Virus record (IMG/VR): IMGVR_UViG_3300030419_006726
Location: 1 to 64,000 of that record
DNA: 64,000 bases
Origin: a virus
Direction: 5' to 3' (one strand)
A model generated the notes under the pieces. That model did not search any database and was not told the origin of the DNA. It saw only the letters and a list, made by a program, of their open reading frames with translations. A program made the translations under genes and the position numbers. Positions 24,660 to 33,780 of the stretch are shown one piece after another. Within the stretch, counting starts at the first letter, position 1, and the number at the start of each line of letters is the position of its first letter.

Positions 24660-24721
24660 AAGGGATATCACTAGGGTCTTCTAAACCCTCGTTTCAGGTT
24701 CGAATCCTGATGGGCCTACCA
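24647..24721 (+). tRNA. tRNA-Arg(TCT)
   Basis: GGGCCCA/TGGGCCT acceptor, AGGGT-CTTCTAA-ACCCT arm, GGTTCGAATCC, CCA. Confidence 0.92.
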
Positions 24722-24735
24722 TATAAGGAGAAAAA

Positions 24736-25215
24736 ATGGCTACACCCTATGATACAGTTGTTGTTAGCGGCGGTTTCGATCCGCTACATGCTGGTCACGT
24801 TAGAATGATTATTGACGCAGCACGACATGGAAATGTTATTGTTGTTGCAAACTCTGATGCTTGGCTTAAGCGAAAGAAGGGTTATGTTTTTATGCCCTTT
24901 GAAGAGCGCTCTCAAATTCTAGAATCAATCAAGGGCGTACTAAGAGTGGAAGCGGTTGACGATAGTGATGGCACTGTCTGCGAAGCGCTTCGAAGAATTA
25001 AGCCAACCTATTTTGCAAATGGTGGCGATAGAACTAATATTAATACGCCGGAATTGGGTGTCTGCGCCGAGTTGGGTATTCAACCGCTGTGGAATATTGG
25101 TGGAGATAAAATTCAAAGTTCCTCCGATCTCGTCAAGGCTGCTAAGCGCCGCTCGCTGAATTGGACAGGAGACTATGTGCCTGGGGATGTATGGCATATT
25201 TCCGCGAAAGATTAA
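24736..25215 (+). CDS. HIGH-family cytidylyltransferase (TagD/RfaE domain II-like)
   Basis: SGGFDPLHAGH..NSDAWL..ER..SSS. Confidence 0.88.
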   Translation: MATPYDTVVVSGGFDPLHAGHVRMIIDAARHGNVIVVANSDAWLKRKKGYVFMPFEERSQILESIKGVLRVEAVDDSDGTVCEALRRIKPTYFANGGDRTNINTPELGVCAELGIQPLWNIGGDKIQSSSDLVKAAKRRSLNWTGDYVPGDVWHISAKD

Positions 25216-25224
25216 CATCAGCTT

Positions 25225-25308
25225 GGCTTCGTGGTGGAATGGTATACACGGCAGACTCAAAATCTGCTGCTCTAGGGCTTGTGGGTTCGAATCCCACCGA
25301 AGCTACCA
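25225..25308 (+). tRNA. tRNA-Leu(CAA)
   Basis: GCAGA-CTCAAAA-TCTGC arm, long variable arm, CCA. Confidence 0.93.
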
Positions 25309-25326
25309 AATTAAAAACAACTAATT

Positions 25327-25638
25327 TTGACTAAAGGAAAGAACATGCTTAAAAATGTTGCGACAATGATTGCGCTCATGTTTGCTATTGGCAATACAGC
25401 CATGGCAGATGTCGAATTTAACCCTGCCACCCGCCTTGCAGAAGCGGAAGCAGCCACCGGTTTGCAGCTGTATCACCGCGCACCACCTCCGAGACCCCCG
25501 CCCCATCGCCGCCCACCGCCGCGAGCTGCTCCGTCTGTCGCGACAGTTATTATTGTGTGTGCAACTATCATTGTCTTGGCCAGCATTGACGACCAGACGC
25601 GTCCGAGTCCCAATCCGCAAGCTAGAAGAAATAATTGA
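25327..25638 (+). CDS. secreted/membrane Pro-Arg-rich protein
   Basis: signal peptide ending AMA, RAPPPRPPPHRRPPPR, TM segment; start may be ATG 25345. Confidence 0.6.
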   Translation: MTKGKNMLKNVATMIALMFAIGNTAMADVEFNPATRLAEAEAATGLQLYHRAPPPRPPPHRRPPPRAAPSVATVIIVCATIIVLASIDDQTRPSPNPQARRNN

Positions 25639-26210
25639 GAACGGTATTGGCGAATAATCCAAAATTTATTGTATTTACTGGGCCGATGTTCGGATCAAAG
25701 ACTACGCGGCTGTTCGCAGTACTGGATCGCTATAAGTACCAGAAGCGCAAGATAGCAGCATTCAAGCCAAGCATCGATGGCCGATATTCCAAGACAAAGA
25801 TTTCCACTCACTCCGGAGCTTCTATGGAAGCGAGAACGATTGCAACCGGTCAAGAAATTTTAGATTTTATCGAACAGAATGATGAATTCGATGTAATTGC
25901 AGTCGATGAGGCGTTTATGATTCCCGGTGTTTCTGACGCCTTGATATCTGCATATGTACAGGGTAAGACAATTGTTGTCTCATCTCTAGAATTGTCTGCT
26001 ACCGGAAATGTCTTTGAGGAAATGGAGAAGATGCTACCATGGGCAACTTGTATCGAGAAGTGCCCTGCGGTTTGTACTGTTTGCGGAGCAGACGCTTATT
26101 ATACTCATCGAAAGGTTGATGACATAGAGGAGATAACTGTCGGCGGCGCTGAATTATACGAACCTAGGTGCTGGAGCCATCACGGTTATTTTAAAGGTAT
26201 TAATGAATAA
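25635..26210 (+). CDS. tdk: thymidine kinase
   Basis: GPMFGSKT, VIAVDEA, CTVCG..VGGAELYEPRCWSH. Confidence 0.93.
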   Translation: MRTVLANNPKFIVFTGPMFGSKTTRLFAVLDRYKYQKRKIAAFKPSIDGRYSKTKISTHSGASMEARTIATGQEILDFIEQNDEFDVIAVDEAFMIPGVSDALISAYVQGKTIVVSSLELSATGNVFEEMEKMLPWATCIEKCPAVCTVCGADAYYTHRKVDDIEEITVGGAELYEPRCWSHHGYFKGINE

Positions 26211-26211
26211 T

Positions 26212-26287
26212 GCGGGAGTAGCTCAGTTGGTAGAGCACCAGCTTGCCATGCTGGATGTCGCGGGTTCGAATCCCGTCTCCCGCTCCA
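26212..26287 (+). tRNA. tRNA-Gly(GCC)
   Basis: CCAGC-TTGCCAT-GCTGG arm, canonical D and T arms, TCCA end. Confidence 0.95.
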
Positions 26288-26288
26288 A

Positions 26289-26364
26289 GGGAAACTGGCC
26301 AAATGGTTAAGGCAACGGACTCTTAATCCGTCGATTCTGGGTTCGAATCCCAGGTTTCCCACCA
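26289..26364 (+). tRNA. tRNA-Lys(CTT)
   Basis: ACGGA-CTCTTAA-TCCGT arm, GGGAAAC/GTTTCCC acceptor. Confidence 0.93.
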
Positions 26365-26383
26365 TCTTAACATAGGAGAAGAA

Positions 26384-26554
26384 ATGATATCATTCGGAGT
26401 GTATGAAAAGAACACAAAGACAAACAAAGAGCAATTTTTAGAATCAATTAGTGCGGAGAATATTGCTGTTGCGCGGAAGCTGTTTATCAAGCAATATAAT
26501 TGGAAGCCTCGTAAGAATGTAAAGCTTGTTCTTAAAAATCCAATAGGAATTTAA
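26384..26554 (+). CDS. 56-aa hypothetical protein (not in ORF track)
   Basis: AGGAG SD; MISFGVYEKNTKTNKEQFLES..NPIGI. Confidence 0.6.
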   Translation: MISFGVYEKNTKTNKEQFLESISAENIAVARKLFIKQYNWKPRKNVKLVLKNPIGI

Positions 26555-26560
26555 GAAAGC

Positions 26561-26637
26561 GGGCCCTTAGCTCAGTTGGTCAGAGCACCCGGCTCATAAC
26601 CGGAGGGTCGTAGGTTCAAGTCCTACAGGGCCCACCA
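26561..26637 (+). tRNA. tRNA with CAT anticodon, probably Ile2 (lysidine type)
   Basis: CCCGG-CTCATAA-CCGGA arm; GGGCCCT acceptor resembles ileX-type tRNAs; no initiator features. Confidence 0.88.
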
Positions 26638-26644
26638 TATTAAA

Positions 26645-26920
26645 ATGAAATACAAAAAAGGTGACATAGTTTTAGTGCAAAGTTCTGCGGGAGAAGCAAT
26701 ACCGAGATTTCATGTCAAGTTGTTGAAGAGAATTGTTGTTCCTCCATCCAAGGGCAGGACAATCGATTGGCCTGGATATACACACTGGCAAGCTACGCCA
26801 GTGTACCAACATGAAGTGGATATACTCAGAAAAGAGTGGCACATTTCGTTCCGAAAAGCCGGCCAAGATTTGACTTTTATTAGTGAATGTAATATAATCA
26901 AAAAAGTTAAAACTATTTAA
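26645..26920 (+). CDS. small KOW/SH3-like protein
   Basis: MKYKKGDIVLV. Confidence 0.65.
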   Translation: MKYKKGDIVLVQSSAGEAIPRFHVKLLKRIVVPPSKGRTIDWPGYTHWQATPVYQHEVDILRKEWHISFRKAGQDLTFISECNIIKKVKTI

Positions 26921-26936
26921 TAACAAGGCGGTTCAA

Positions 26937-27539
26937 TTGAACAGAGACGAAACAAGAAGACAACGTTATGACGCAAAAAAGAAGACGGCTAAAACGTTTC
27001 CTATCAGCATTGCCGCAGTTAATTTTAAACATGATGGTAATCTCGGCTACCTCATTCGTTCTGCTGCTTGTTTTGGCGCAACTGCTGTCCACGTTATAGG
27101 ATCGATTCCAGAAAGAAAAGTACTAAATCCTCTTTCCGGAAGTCTGGTCGATTATATCGACATAAACAAGTATGCCGACCCTGCAGCTTTTATTCAATAC
27201 GCTAGTGACAATAATATAAAACTTATTTCAGCCGAATTGTGTAAAGAGGCGGAATCAATTGAAACTTATGATTTTAATTTCTCGCATCCTATTTGCATTG
27301 TTGTCGGCCACGAAGAGCTTGGGATCCCTGTTGAAATATTGAACAATAGTGATAAGATATACATTCCTATGCCCGGTGTAGGATATTGCTTAAACACTTC
27401 TCAAACAGCTAACATTCTTTTGTACGAGGCGACAACGCAGTATCAGAATAGTAGAGTTAAAAGCTATTATTTAGATGGCGGCAAGATTTGCAATTCACTG
27501 GAAGAGTGGGCTGAAGCTGGCATGTACAATGTACCGTAG
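26937..27539 (+). CDS. SpoU/TrmH-family RNA 2'-O-methyltransferase
   Basis: GNLGYLIRSAACFG, VVGHEELGI, IPMPG..CLNTS SPOUT motifs. Confidence 0.9.
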   Translation: MNRDETRRQRYDAKKKTAKTFPISIAAVNFKHDGNLGYLIRSAACFGATAVHVIGSIPERKVLNPLSGSLVDYIDINKYADPAAFIQYASDNNIKLISAELCKEAESIETYDFNFSHPICIVVGHEELGIPVEILNNSDKIYIPMPGVGYCLNTSQTANILLYEATTQYQNSRVKSYYLDGGKICNSLEEWAEAGMYNVP

Positions 27540-27548
27540 GAGGTAAAT

Positions 27549-27743
27549 ATGAATTCTAGTGACGCATGGGAGAATCACATCGAAGGGCTGACAAAGCAAG
27601 TCGCCTTTCTGCTGCGAAGAACGCAAGATCTTGAAGATAGATTGGAATACTATGAAGAAGTTTTCATTACATTATTAAAAGCACTTAAACAAAGTGGTAT
27701 CATTGCAGATGATGAGAACGGAAAACATTCTATGCCATCTTAG
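27549..27743 (+). CDS. small coiled-coil protein
   Basis: AGGAGG SD; stop lies inside tRNA-Thr. Confidence 0.65.
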   Translation: MNSSDAWENHIEGLTKQVAFLLRRTQDLEDRLEYYEEVFITLLKALKQSGIIADDENGKHSMPS

Positions 27744-27810
27744 CTCAGTTGGCCAGAGCAACGGTCTTGTAAACCGTAGGTCGTGAGTTCGAATCTCACA
27801 GATGGCTCCA
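27734..27810 (+). tRNA. tRNA-Thr(TGT)
   Basis: ACGGT-CTTGTAA-ACCGT arm, GCCATCT/AGATGGC acceptor, CCA. Confidence 0.94.
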
Positions 27811-27850
27811 TTATTAAATCGAGAACTATTTATAGGAAACAGGTTAACAC

Positions 27851-29173
27851 ATGGCTAGTAAAAAGACGTTTATTTTAGATACAAGCGTTTATTTGACAGA
27901 TGCCGATTCAATAAACGCGTTTAAAAATAATGATATCGTTATACCTCTAAAGGTTTTGGAGGAAATAGATAAGCATAAAAAAAGACAAGATGGAGTCGGC
28001 CTACATGCAAGAAAGACTATCAGAACTCTTGACGAATTGCGATCAAAGGGCTGTTTGCAAAAAGGTGTGCGTCTAGGAAAGGGCAAAGGCATCGTTAGTG
28101 TGAGAACATTCGATCCCTCTGAACTACCACCAGACTTAGATCCTTCTATTCCGGATCATGTAATTATTGCGACTGCTTTGTCTGAAAAATCAAAGAATCC
28201 AAATAGAAAAGTAATATTGGTGTCTCGCGATATTAATATGCGAGTCATCTGCGATGCCGTAGGTGTTCCCTCTGAAGACTATATGGCTCCTACGATTGTT
28301 ACTGAAATGGATCAGATTTACGATGGTTTTGCCTCCGTATTGGTTGATGATGAATTGATTGAGCAATATTATAATGACGAAGAGGTCGTTTTAGAGGAAG
28401 GTCGGGAATTGCATCCAAATCAATATATCATGCTGGTTTCCAATCAGAATGAAAAGAAAACAGCGTTAGCTAGATATATTAATAGCGAAATGCCTCTCAA
28501 AAAGATTGCACAATTTCGAAAAGGTATTTGGGGAATTAAGTCTAGAAACAAAGAGCAGATGTTCGCAATGGATATGCTTCTGAATCCAGAAATACAAGTT
28601 GTTTCTCTGATCGGAAAGGCCGGCTCCGGAAAAACTTTATGCGCAATTGCAGCTGGTCTGGAGCAAAGCATGGAATCTGGTTCCGAAGAGCCAATTTATA
28701 GAAGATTGATTGTTTCTAGACCGGTCCAACCCCTAGGAAAAGATATCGGGTATTTGCCAGGAACATTGGAAGATAAAATGGCGCCATGGCTAGCCCCCGT
28801 ACAAGATAATCTCAGATTCCTAATGGGAGATGATAACGTAACACTAGAGATGTATATGGAGAAGGGAAAGATCGAAATAGAGGCCCTCACGTACATCAGA
28901 GGGCGTTCCATATCGAATTCCTACATAGTCATCGATGAGGCACAAAATTTAACCACGCACGAAATAAAGACGATTATTACTCGTGTTGGCGAAGGGACAA
29001 AGGTCATACTAACTGGCGATATCGAACAGATTGATAATGTTTATTTAGATGAAAAATCAAATGGTTTGGTTTACGCGGTAGAAAAATTTAAATACCACTC
29101 AATCGCTGGCCATGTCACGCTCAAGAAGGGCGAAAGATCAAAAGTCGCAACTATTGCAGCACAAATATTATAA
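27851..29173 (+). CDS. phoH: PIN domain + PhoH ATPase (PhoH2-type)
   Basis: ILDTSV PIN motif; GKAGSGKT, YIRGRS, DEAQN, GDIEQID. Confidence 0.93.
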   Translation: MASKKTFILDTSVYLTDADSINAFKNNDIVIPLKVLEEIDKHKKRQDGVGLHARKTIRTLDELRSKGCLQKGVRLGKGKGIVSVRTFDPSELPPDLDPSIPDHVIIATALSEKSKNPNRKVILVSRDINMRVICDAVGVPSEDYMAPTIVTEMDQIYDGFASVLVDDELIEQYYNDEEVVLEEGRELHPNQYIMLVSNQNEKKTALARYINSEMPLKKIAQFRKGIWGIKSRNKEQMFAMDMLLNPEIQVVSLIGKAGSGKTLCAIAAGLEQSMESGSEEPIYRRLIVSRPVQPLGKDIGYLPGTLEDKMAPWLAPVQDNLRFLMGDDNVTLEMYMEKGKIEIEALTYIRGRSISNSYIVIDEAQNLTTHEIKTIITRVGEGTKVILTGDIEQIDNVYLDEKSNGLVYAVEKFKYHSIAGHVTLKKGERSKVATIAAQIL

Positions 29174-29178
29174 AATAC

Positions 29179-29207
29179 TTGACAAACACTGACTTAGGTG
29201 TTATCTT
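29179..29207 (+). promoter_or_regulatory. sigma70 promoter
   Basis: TTGACA-N17-TATCTT with TG extension. Confidence 0.7.
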
Positions 29208-29223
29208 ATAGAAGAGGTTTATT

Positions 29224-29514
29224 ATGAATATCGAAGATACAAATCCAACACTAAGAGAACCGATCGACAAAACCACTCCTTTAAAAGAGTGGTTAGTTGA
29301 ATATGTCGGGACGCAACATGAGCCAAATGACGGCAACGTTACTGTCGAAATGGTCATTGAAACCGTGGCAAAGGAATTTCCAGAATTTTTGATGGCTATA
29401 GCTGAAGAAAATTGGATCCGCGGATACCATCAAGCGCTTTCAGATGTAACCGAGGGTGATATGTCCTATAATTCTGAATTAAAGGTTCGACAAGAAAATG
29501 GATCAATTGACTGA
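29224..29514 (+). CDS. hypothetical protein
   Basis: GAGG SD; downstream of promoter. Confidence 0.75.
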   Translation: MNIEDTNPTLREPIDKTTPLKEWLVEYVGTQHEPNDGNVTVEMVIETVAKEFPEFLMAIAEENWIRGYHQALSDVTEGDMSYNSELKVRQENGSID

Positions 29515-30190
29515 GTATATAAAGAATTCTTTGATTGCAGCAGAGAACGCACGCAGAGAGTATCAGCTTTTTGATGATATTTTTGTTTATGTCAAAGACG
29601 AGCTTCCAGATTATATTAATTTAAACAATGTACTGAAATCGGTGGAGAGAATAATACCGTTTCACCTGTCAAGAGAGGTTGATGGAATGTATATTGGTCA
29701 ATTTAAAGATTGGGCCGAGCGCGAAGTCAATTCAATGTTTAAAGATGCATCAATATTTGTAACAAACCAACAAGACGATGATGAAGACATGATTGATGAC
29801 ATTGTTCATGAATTTGCTCACTCAATTGAGAGTCCCATGGGAGATATTATATATTCTGACGGAGAATTACAGCAAGAATTTGTTGGAAAACGAAAGCGTT
29901 TATATTTTCTCATCAAGGCCGAGGGTTACGACACCGCATCAGAAAAATTCATGAATCCTGAATACGAAGAGAAGTTTGATGATTTTTTATATAAGAAAAT
30001 TGGATATGACGCTCTATCTTCGATCGCGATGGGACTATTTATTACACCATATGCCGCAACATCGTTAAGAGAATACTTTGCAACCGGCTATGTTGAATAT
30101 TTGATGGGCGATAGAAATTACCTAATGAAAGTAAGTCCCATGCTTTATCGAAAAATCGAACAACTAACTGGAGAAGCAGATGAAGATTGA
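29498..30190 (+). CDS. HExxH zinc metallopeptidase-like protein
   Basis: IVHEFAHS..YAATSLREYFA. Confidence 0.75.
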   Translation: MDQLTEYIKNSLIAAENARREYQLFDDIFVYVKDELPDYINLNNVLKSVERIIPFHLSREVDGMYIGQFKDWAEREVNSMFKDASIFVTNQQDDDEDMIDDIVHEFAHSIESPMGDIIYSDGELQQEFVGKRKRLYFLIKAEGYDTASEKFMNPEYEEKFDDFLYKKIGYDALSSIAMGLFITPYAATSLREYFATGYVEYLMGDRNYLMKVSPMLYRKIEQLTGEADED

Positions 30191-30494
30191 TACAAGAGAG
30201 GAAGACGGGCTACTTATCGTGACCGTGACAGTACCTAGGTACAATAAGAACAACCCCGACACAGCAGAGACAAACAGAAAGATTAAGATCGGAACCTCTG
30301 ATCTAAGGCGTAAATTTCCACAGGTTGCAAATTTATCTCTAAAAGAGGGCAACACCTTGGATAATAGAAGTGCAAGCTCTGCAACGTGGGTTTTCCGTCT
30401 ACCGACACCCCCTCCAGCGCCAGAAAAACCAAAAACAAAACCTAGACGTAGAAGAACTCGCAAAACAACGAAAAAAACCGAAACTGAGGTGTAA
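30180..30494 (+). CDS. hypothetical protein with basic tail
   Basis: KPRRRRTRKTTKK. Confidence 0.65.
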   Translation: MKIDTREEDGLLIVTVTVPRYNKNNPDTAETNRKIKIGTSDLRRKFPQVANLSLKEGNTLDNRSASSATWVFRLPTPPPAPEKPKTKPRRRRTRKTTKKTETEV

Positions 30495-30495
30495 T

Positions 30496-31275
30496 TTGGC
30501 TCACATTTCTTATTCTGAGCTTAAGAACTGGGCTTTTTGCCCTTTTTATCACAAATTAGTCAACATTGACAAGCTAAAGGGCTTCCGAGGCAATGAATTT
30601 ACTGCCTTTGGCACTGCTATGCACGAAGTGTGCGAAAAAACGGCTTTAAAACAGCTAAAAGAGGAAGATCAAGAGGGTTTTTTCATGAAAAAGTTCCTTG
30701 AAGAGCTGATTTCCCTCCCTGATGACGTACAATTGAACGAAAATCTTGTAAATTCGATGCGCGAACAAGGAAAAGCACTAATACCAGAGGTTTTTCCGGC
30801 TTTGGAGGACTATTTTGAGGACTATGAGGTCGTTTCGACCGAAGAAAAGCTATTTGAGCCCATAAATGACCTAAGTTACGCCGAAAATTACCATTTTAAG
30901 GGCTTTATTGACCTAGTTGTACGCACTGGTGACGGCAAATATCACGTTATTGACTGGAAAACATGCTCCTGGGGGTGGGATTCTCGTAAGAGATCGGAAA
31001 AGATGATTACATACCAATTGACCCTATATAAGCACTATTTTGCCCTAAAACACGGTATTGACCCTAAAAATGTCGAAACACACTTCGCACTACTGAAGAG
31101 AACCGCTAAAAACAACCGTGTAGAGCTATTTCGCGTTACTAGCGGCCCAAGAAAAACTGAAAATGCTCTTAAATTGTTAAACAAAGCGTTATATAATATC
31201 TGTAGTAAGAAACACATTAAAAACAAGACAGCTTGTGGTAAATGTGAGTTTCACAATACAAAGCATTGTCCATGA
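30496..31275 (+). CDS. Cas4/RecB-like PD-(D/E)XK exonuclease
   Basis: HISYS..CP, FGTAMHE, GFIDLV..VIDWKT, QL.LY, C-terminal CxxC..C; TTG start at 30496. Confidence 0.88.
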   Translation: MAHISYSELKNWAFCPFYHKLVNIDKLKGFRGNEFTAFGTAMHEVCEKTALKQLKEEDQEGFFMKKFLEELISLPDDVQLNENLVNSMREQGKALIPEVFPALEDYFEDYEVVSTEEKLFEPINDLSYAENYHFKGFIDLVVRTGDGKYHVIDWKTCSWGWDSRKRSEKMITYQLTLYKHYFALKHGIDPKNVETHFALLKRTAKNNRVELFRVTSGPRKTENALKLLNKALYNICSKKHIKNKTACGKCEFHNTKHCP

Positions 31276-31282
31276 GGAATAA

Positions 31283-32542
31283 ATGACAGAAAAAAAGAAG
31301 ATTTTGGTCCTGTCTGACCATCCACTATCACCATCAGGTGTTGGAACACAGACAAAGTACTTTATTGAGTCATTGCTCAAAACAAACAGGTATAAGTTTA
31401 TTTGTTTGGGCGGTGCCATTAAGCACCAGAAATATGACCCTATTAAGGTAGATCCATGGGGTGAAGATTGGATTATCTATCCCGTAGACGGTTATGGAAC
31501 CCATGATATTATTCGCTCTCTCTTGAGAACAGAGCGCCCAGACATCGTATGGTTTATGACTGATCCTAGATTCTGGGGATGGCTGTGGGAGATTGAAGAT
31601 GAGGTCCGACCCCTAGTGCCAATGGTGTATTATCACGTATGGGACAACTACCCATACCCAAATTTCAACGCTAGGTACTACGACTCAACAGATGTTGTTG
31701 TTGCTATCTCAAAATTAACACACGACATCGTTCAAAACGTATCACCAAATGTAGAGTGCCACTATTTGCCACATTCTGTAGACACTGGGGTATTTAAGAA
31801 GCTTCCGGAATCAGAAGTTAAAGATTTTGTAGAAAAAGGCTTTGATTCTAGTGAAGAAAAATTTACAATATTCTGGAATAATCGAAACGCACGTCGAAAA
31901 CAATCTGGCTCACTGATTTGGTGGTTTAATGAGTTTCTAAACAAGGTCGGTCGTGACAAAGCCCGCCTTGTTATGCACACAGACCCTAAAGACAATAATG
32001 GTCAAGACTTGATTGCAATCATGCAAGAGTTGAACCTAGATAATGGAGAGGTTTTCATTTCCAGAGACAAGGTTCCACCCAAGCTTCTAGCTTTCATGTA
32101 TAATATGTCTGATTGTACAATTAATATTTCAGACGCTGAGGGTTTCGGTCTGGCAACGCTGGAATCGTTGGCATGTGAGACTCCGATCATTGCAACAATG
32201 ACTGGTGGCTTACAAGAACAAGTAACTGATGGAGAAGATTGGTTTGGAGTTGGATTGACACCGGTCTCCAAGGCAGTCATTGGATCTCAGGGTGTGCCAT
32301 ATATTTATGAAGACAGAGTAAGCCAAGATGATGTGGTTAATGCTTTGCTCAAGATGTATAACATGACAAAAGAAGAGAGGCAAGCGCTTGGCGCCAAAGG
32401 TCGCCAGCACGTAATGAATAATTATAATTTTGATCAATTTCAATCTAAATGGGTTGAATTGATTGACGGTGTTGTGGAAAATTATGGCTCTTGGGAAACC
32501 AGAGTCGGCTATGATAGATGGGAGATATTAGAAGTAGCATGA
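31283..32542 (+). CDS. GT4-family glycosyltransferase
   Basis: SGVG, NRNARRK, EGFGLATLES. Confidence 0.9.
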   Translation: MTEKKKILVLSDHPLSPSGVGTQTKYFIESLLKTNRYKFICLGGAIKHQKYDPIKVDPWGEDWIIYPVDGYGTHDIIRSLLRTERPDIVWFMTDPRFWGWLWEIEDEVRPLVPMVYYHVWDNYPYPNFNARYYDSTDVVVAISKLTHDIVQNVSPNVECHYLPHSVDTGVFKKLPESEVKDFVEKGFDSSEEKFTIFWNNRNARRKQSGSLIWWFNEFLNKVGRDKARLVMHTDPKDNNGQDLIAIMQELNLDNGEVFISRDKVPPKLLAFMYNMSDCTINISDAEGFGLATLESLACETPIIATMTGGLQEQVTDGEDWFGVGLTPVSKAVIGSQGVPYIYEDRVSQDDVVNALLKMYNMTKEERQALGAKGRQHVMNNYNFDQFQSKWVELIDGVVENYGSWETRVGYDRWEILEVA

Positions 32543-33780
32543 AGAAGATTTTAATTAAAGGCCCAGTGCTAACACGCTCTGGATATGGCGAACAAGCAAG
32601 ATTTGCACTGAGATCACTGGCCTCGCGCCCAGATTTGTATGATTTGTATTTGATGGCCACCGGCTGGGGTAAAACAAGCTGGGTAATAGAGGATAATCCC
32701 GAAAGAGATTGGATCGATCATCTGATTAACAAGACAGCTAGCTTTATTCAGTCTGGTGGCAAATTCGATGAATCTTTGCAGGTTACAATTCCAAATGAAT
32801 GGGAGCGTATCGCTCCATACAATGTTGGGTATACTGCCGGCATCGAAACTACTAAAGTGGCACCCGAATGGATTGAAAAAGCCAACATGATGGACAAAAT
32901 TATTGTTGTATCGAATCATTCAAAAAATGTATTCGAAGATACGGCATACGTTTTACAGAACGATAAGCAACAGAGAGCAAATTTCCAATGCAGCACAGAA
33001 ATCGAAGTTGTCAACTATCCCGTTAAAAAATACGATCCAGTGGATTTGGAGTTGAATCTACCTTATGATTTTAATTTTTTATGTGTCGCTCAATGGGGTC
33101 CGAGAAAGAATGTAAAAAACACTATTAAGTGGTTCGTAGAAGAATTCCATGACGATGAAGTCGGCTTGGTTGTTAAAATGTTTCAAATGAAAAATTGCCA
33201 CATGGATAAGCAGAATTGCATAACTAAACTTACTGAATTATTGAGACAGTATCCGGATAAGAAGTGTAAACTGCATTTGATTCATGGCAACATGACTGAT
33301 GAGGAAATGAATTCCCTATATACGCATCCAAAACTTAAAGCATTTGTTACCCTTACTCATGGAGAGGGTTACGGTCTTCCGCTATTTGAAGCAGCCTATA
33401 ATGGTATGCCGGTAGTAGCCCCAGCCTGGAGCGGTCATTGCGATTTTCTTTTTGCCCCGGTTAAAAAGAAAGGGTCCAACAAAACAAAGATAAGACCTCT
33501 GTTTGCCAAGGTGGATTATGACCTGAAGCCAATTCAAAAAGAGGCAGTGTGGAAAGGGGTGCTGCAGCCAGATTCAATGTGGTGCTATGCGAGAGAAACT
33601 AGCTATAAGAGAAAGCTAAGAGAGGTTTATAAATCACACAGTATGTTTGTTGGTCACGCCAAGAAATTAAAGAAACACCTTAATAGTAATTTTACGAACC
33701 AAATAATGTATTCAAATTTTGTTAATGCTATGGCAAGCAAGAACACCTCCGCAGAAGATAGTTTAGTAATGGTGGTTTGA
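32539..33780 (+). CDS. GT4-family glycosyltransferase
   Basis: SGYG, RKN, GEGYGLPLFEA. Confidence 0.9.
   Translation: MKKILIKGPVLTRSGYGEQARFALRSLASRPDLYDLYLMATGWGKTSWVIEDNPERDWIDHLINKTASFIQSGGKFDESLQVTIPNEWERIAPYNVGYTAGIETTKVAPEWIEKANMMDKIIVVSNHSKNVFEDTAYVLQNDKQQRANFQCSTEIEVVNYPVKKYDPVDLELNLPYDFNFLCVAQWGPRKNVKNTIKWFVEEFHDDEVGLVVKMFQMKNCHMDKQNCITKLTELLRQYPDKKCKLHLIHGNMTDEEMNSLYTHPKLKAFVTLTHGEGYGLPLFEAAYNGMPVVAPAWSGHCDFLFAPVKKKGSNKTKIRPLFAKVDYDLKPIQKEAVWKGVLQPDSMWCYARETSYKRKLREVYKSHSMFVGHAKKLKKHLNSNFTNQIMYSNFVNAMASKNTSAEDSLVMVV

Noticed and set aside
26561-26637. Initiator tRNA-fMet
   Set aside because: It has a paired G1-C72 and lacks the GGG/CCC anticodon stem.
30496-31275. Cas4-like nuclease as evidence of a CRISPR-Cas system
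   Set aside because: No repeat-spacer array or other cas genes were seen; standalone Cas4-like exonucleases are common in phages.
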